64,000 bases of DNA from Azolla caroliniana. Lineage: Eukaryota > Plantae > Polypodiophyta. Below, in pieces: positions 63,898-64,000 of the stretch. Made by a program: the position numbers and the translations under genes. The stretch is taken from contig JBHGNT010000001.1 in assembly GCA_043228905.1 (NCBI GenBank), forward strand, positions 23,560,001 to 23,624,000. The letters run 5' to 3'. The notes under the pieces were generated by a model, which ran no database searches, was not told the DNA's origin, and worked only from the letters and a program-made list of their open reading frames with translations. The stretch's first letter is position 1. Each line of letters begins with the position of its first letter.

Positions 63898-64000
63898 TAT
63901 ACATCAATTTTCTATGATAAAACATAAATGAAAATAATATCTTACAAATTACAATTCATAGTCTAATGGTAAGAGCTCGATCCATGTAGCATAAGGTCAT

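Larger units (their letters stand above)
45657..64000 (-). mobile_element. Element F: Tcn1-like Gypsy chromovirus interrupted by G and H
   Basis: 3' LTR 45657-46079; 5' LTR from 63583 past the window end; PPT AAGGGGGAGATAG. Gag KFDG...ALAWF (62895-63260), CCHC at about 62545-62590, PR LDSG split by H, RT SPAGAPIFFVKKKDGSLR/YLDD, RNase H, INT, and chromodomain EYEV..ILDS..YYLV.W.GY..TWEP (about 46150-46300). Confidence 0.93.

Overview
Eukaryotic land-plant genomic DNA. The TE repertoire suggests a non-seed plant such as a fern (inference). Two host genes lie on the minus strand: the first two exons of a DEAH-box helicase (DHX35-like; 1284-1811) and a complete VPS26 retromer gene (31919-39731; 11 coding exons, 298 aa, two GC-AG introns). 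Most of the rest is two nests of transposons. Nest 1 (about 2.2-29.5 kb) contains a MULE, a degraded Gypsy chromovirus (A), a young GC-rich tRNA-Trp-primed Gypsy (B) inside A's 5' LTR, an older truncated relative of B (C) carrying a solo LTR (D), and an L1-type LINE. Nest 2 (41.5-64 kb) contains an RTE/RTEX-like LINE, a truncated Copia (E), and a Tcn1-like chromovirus (F) interrupted by a Copia (G) and by a young non-autonomous Gypsy (H). Most unusual signals: (1) H has no polypurine tract and instead carries a tRNA-Arg-3'-half-like hairpin ending in CCA, complementary to its own PBS, plus a large extra coiled-coil ORF; (2) tRNA-like A/B-box modules sit antisense in U3 of at least two unrelated LTR families; (3) B and C share a candidate -1 frameshift placed after the protease; (4) F shows Tf1-type self-priming geometry. 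All boundaries and counts were read by eye; no database searches were run.
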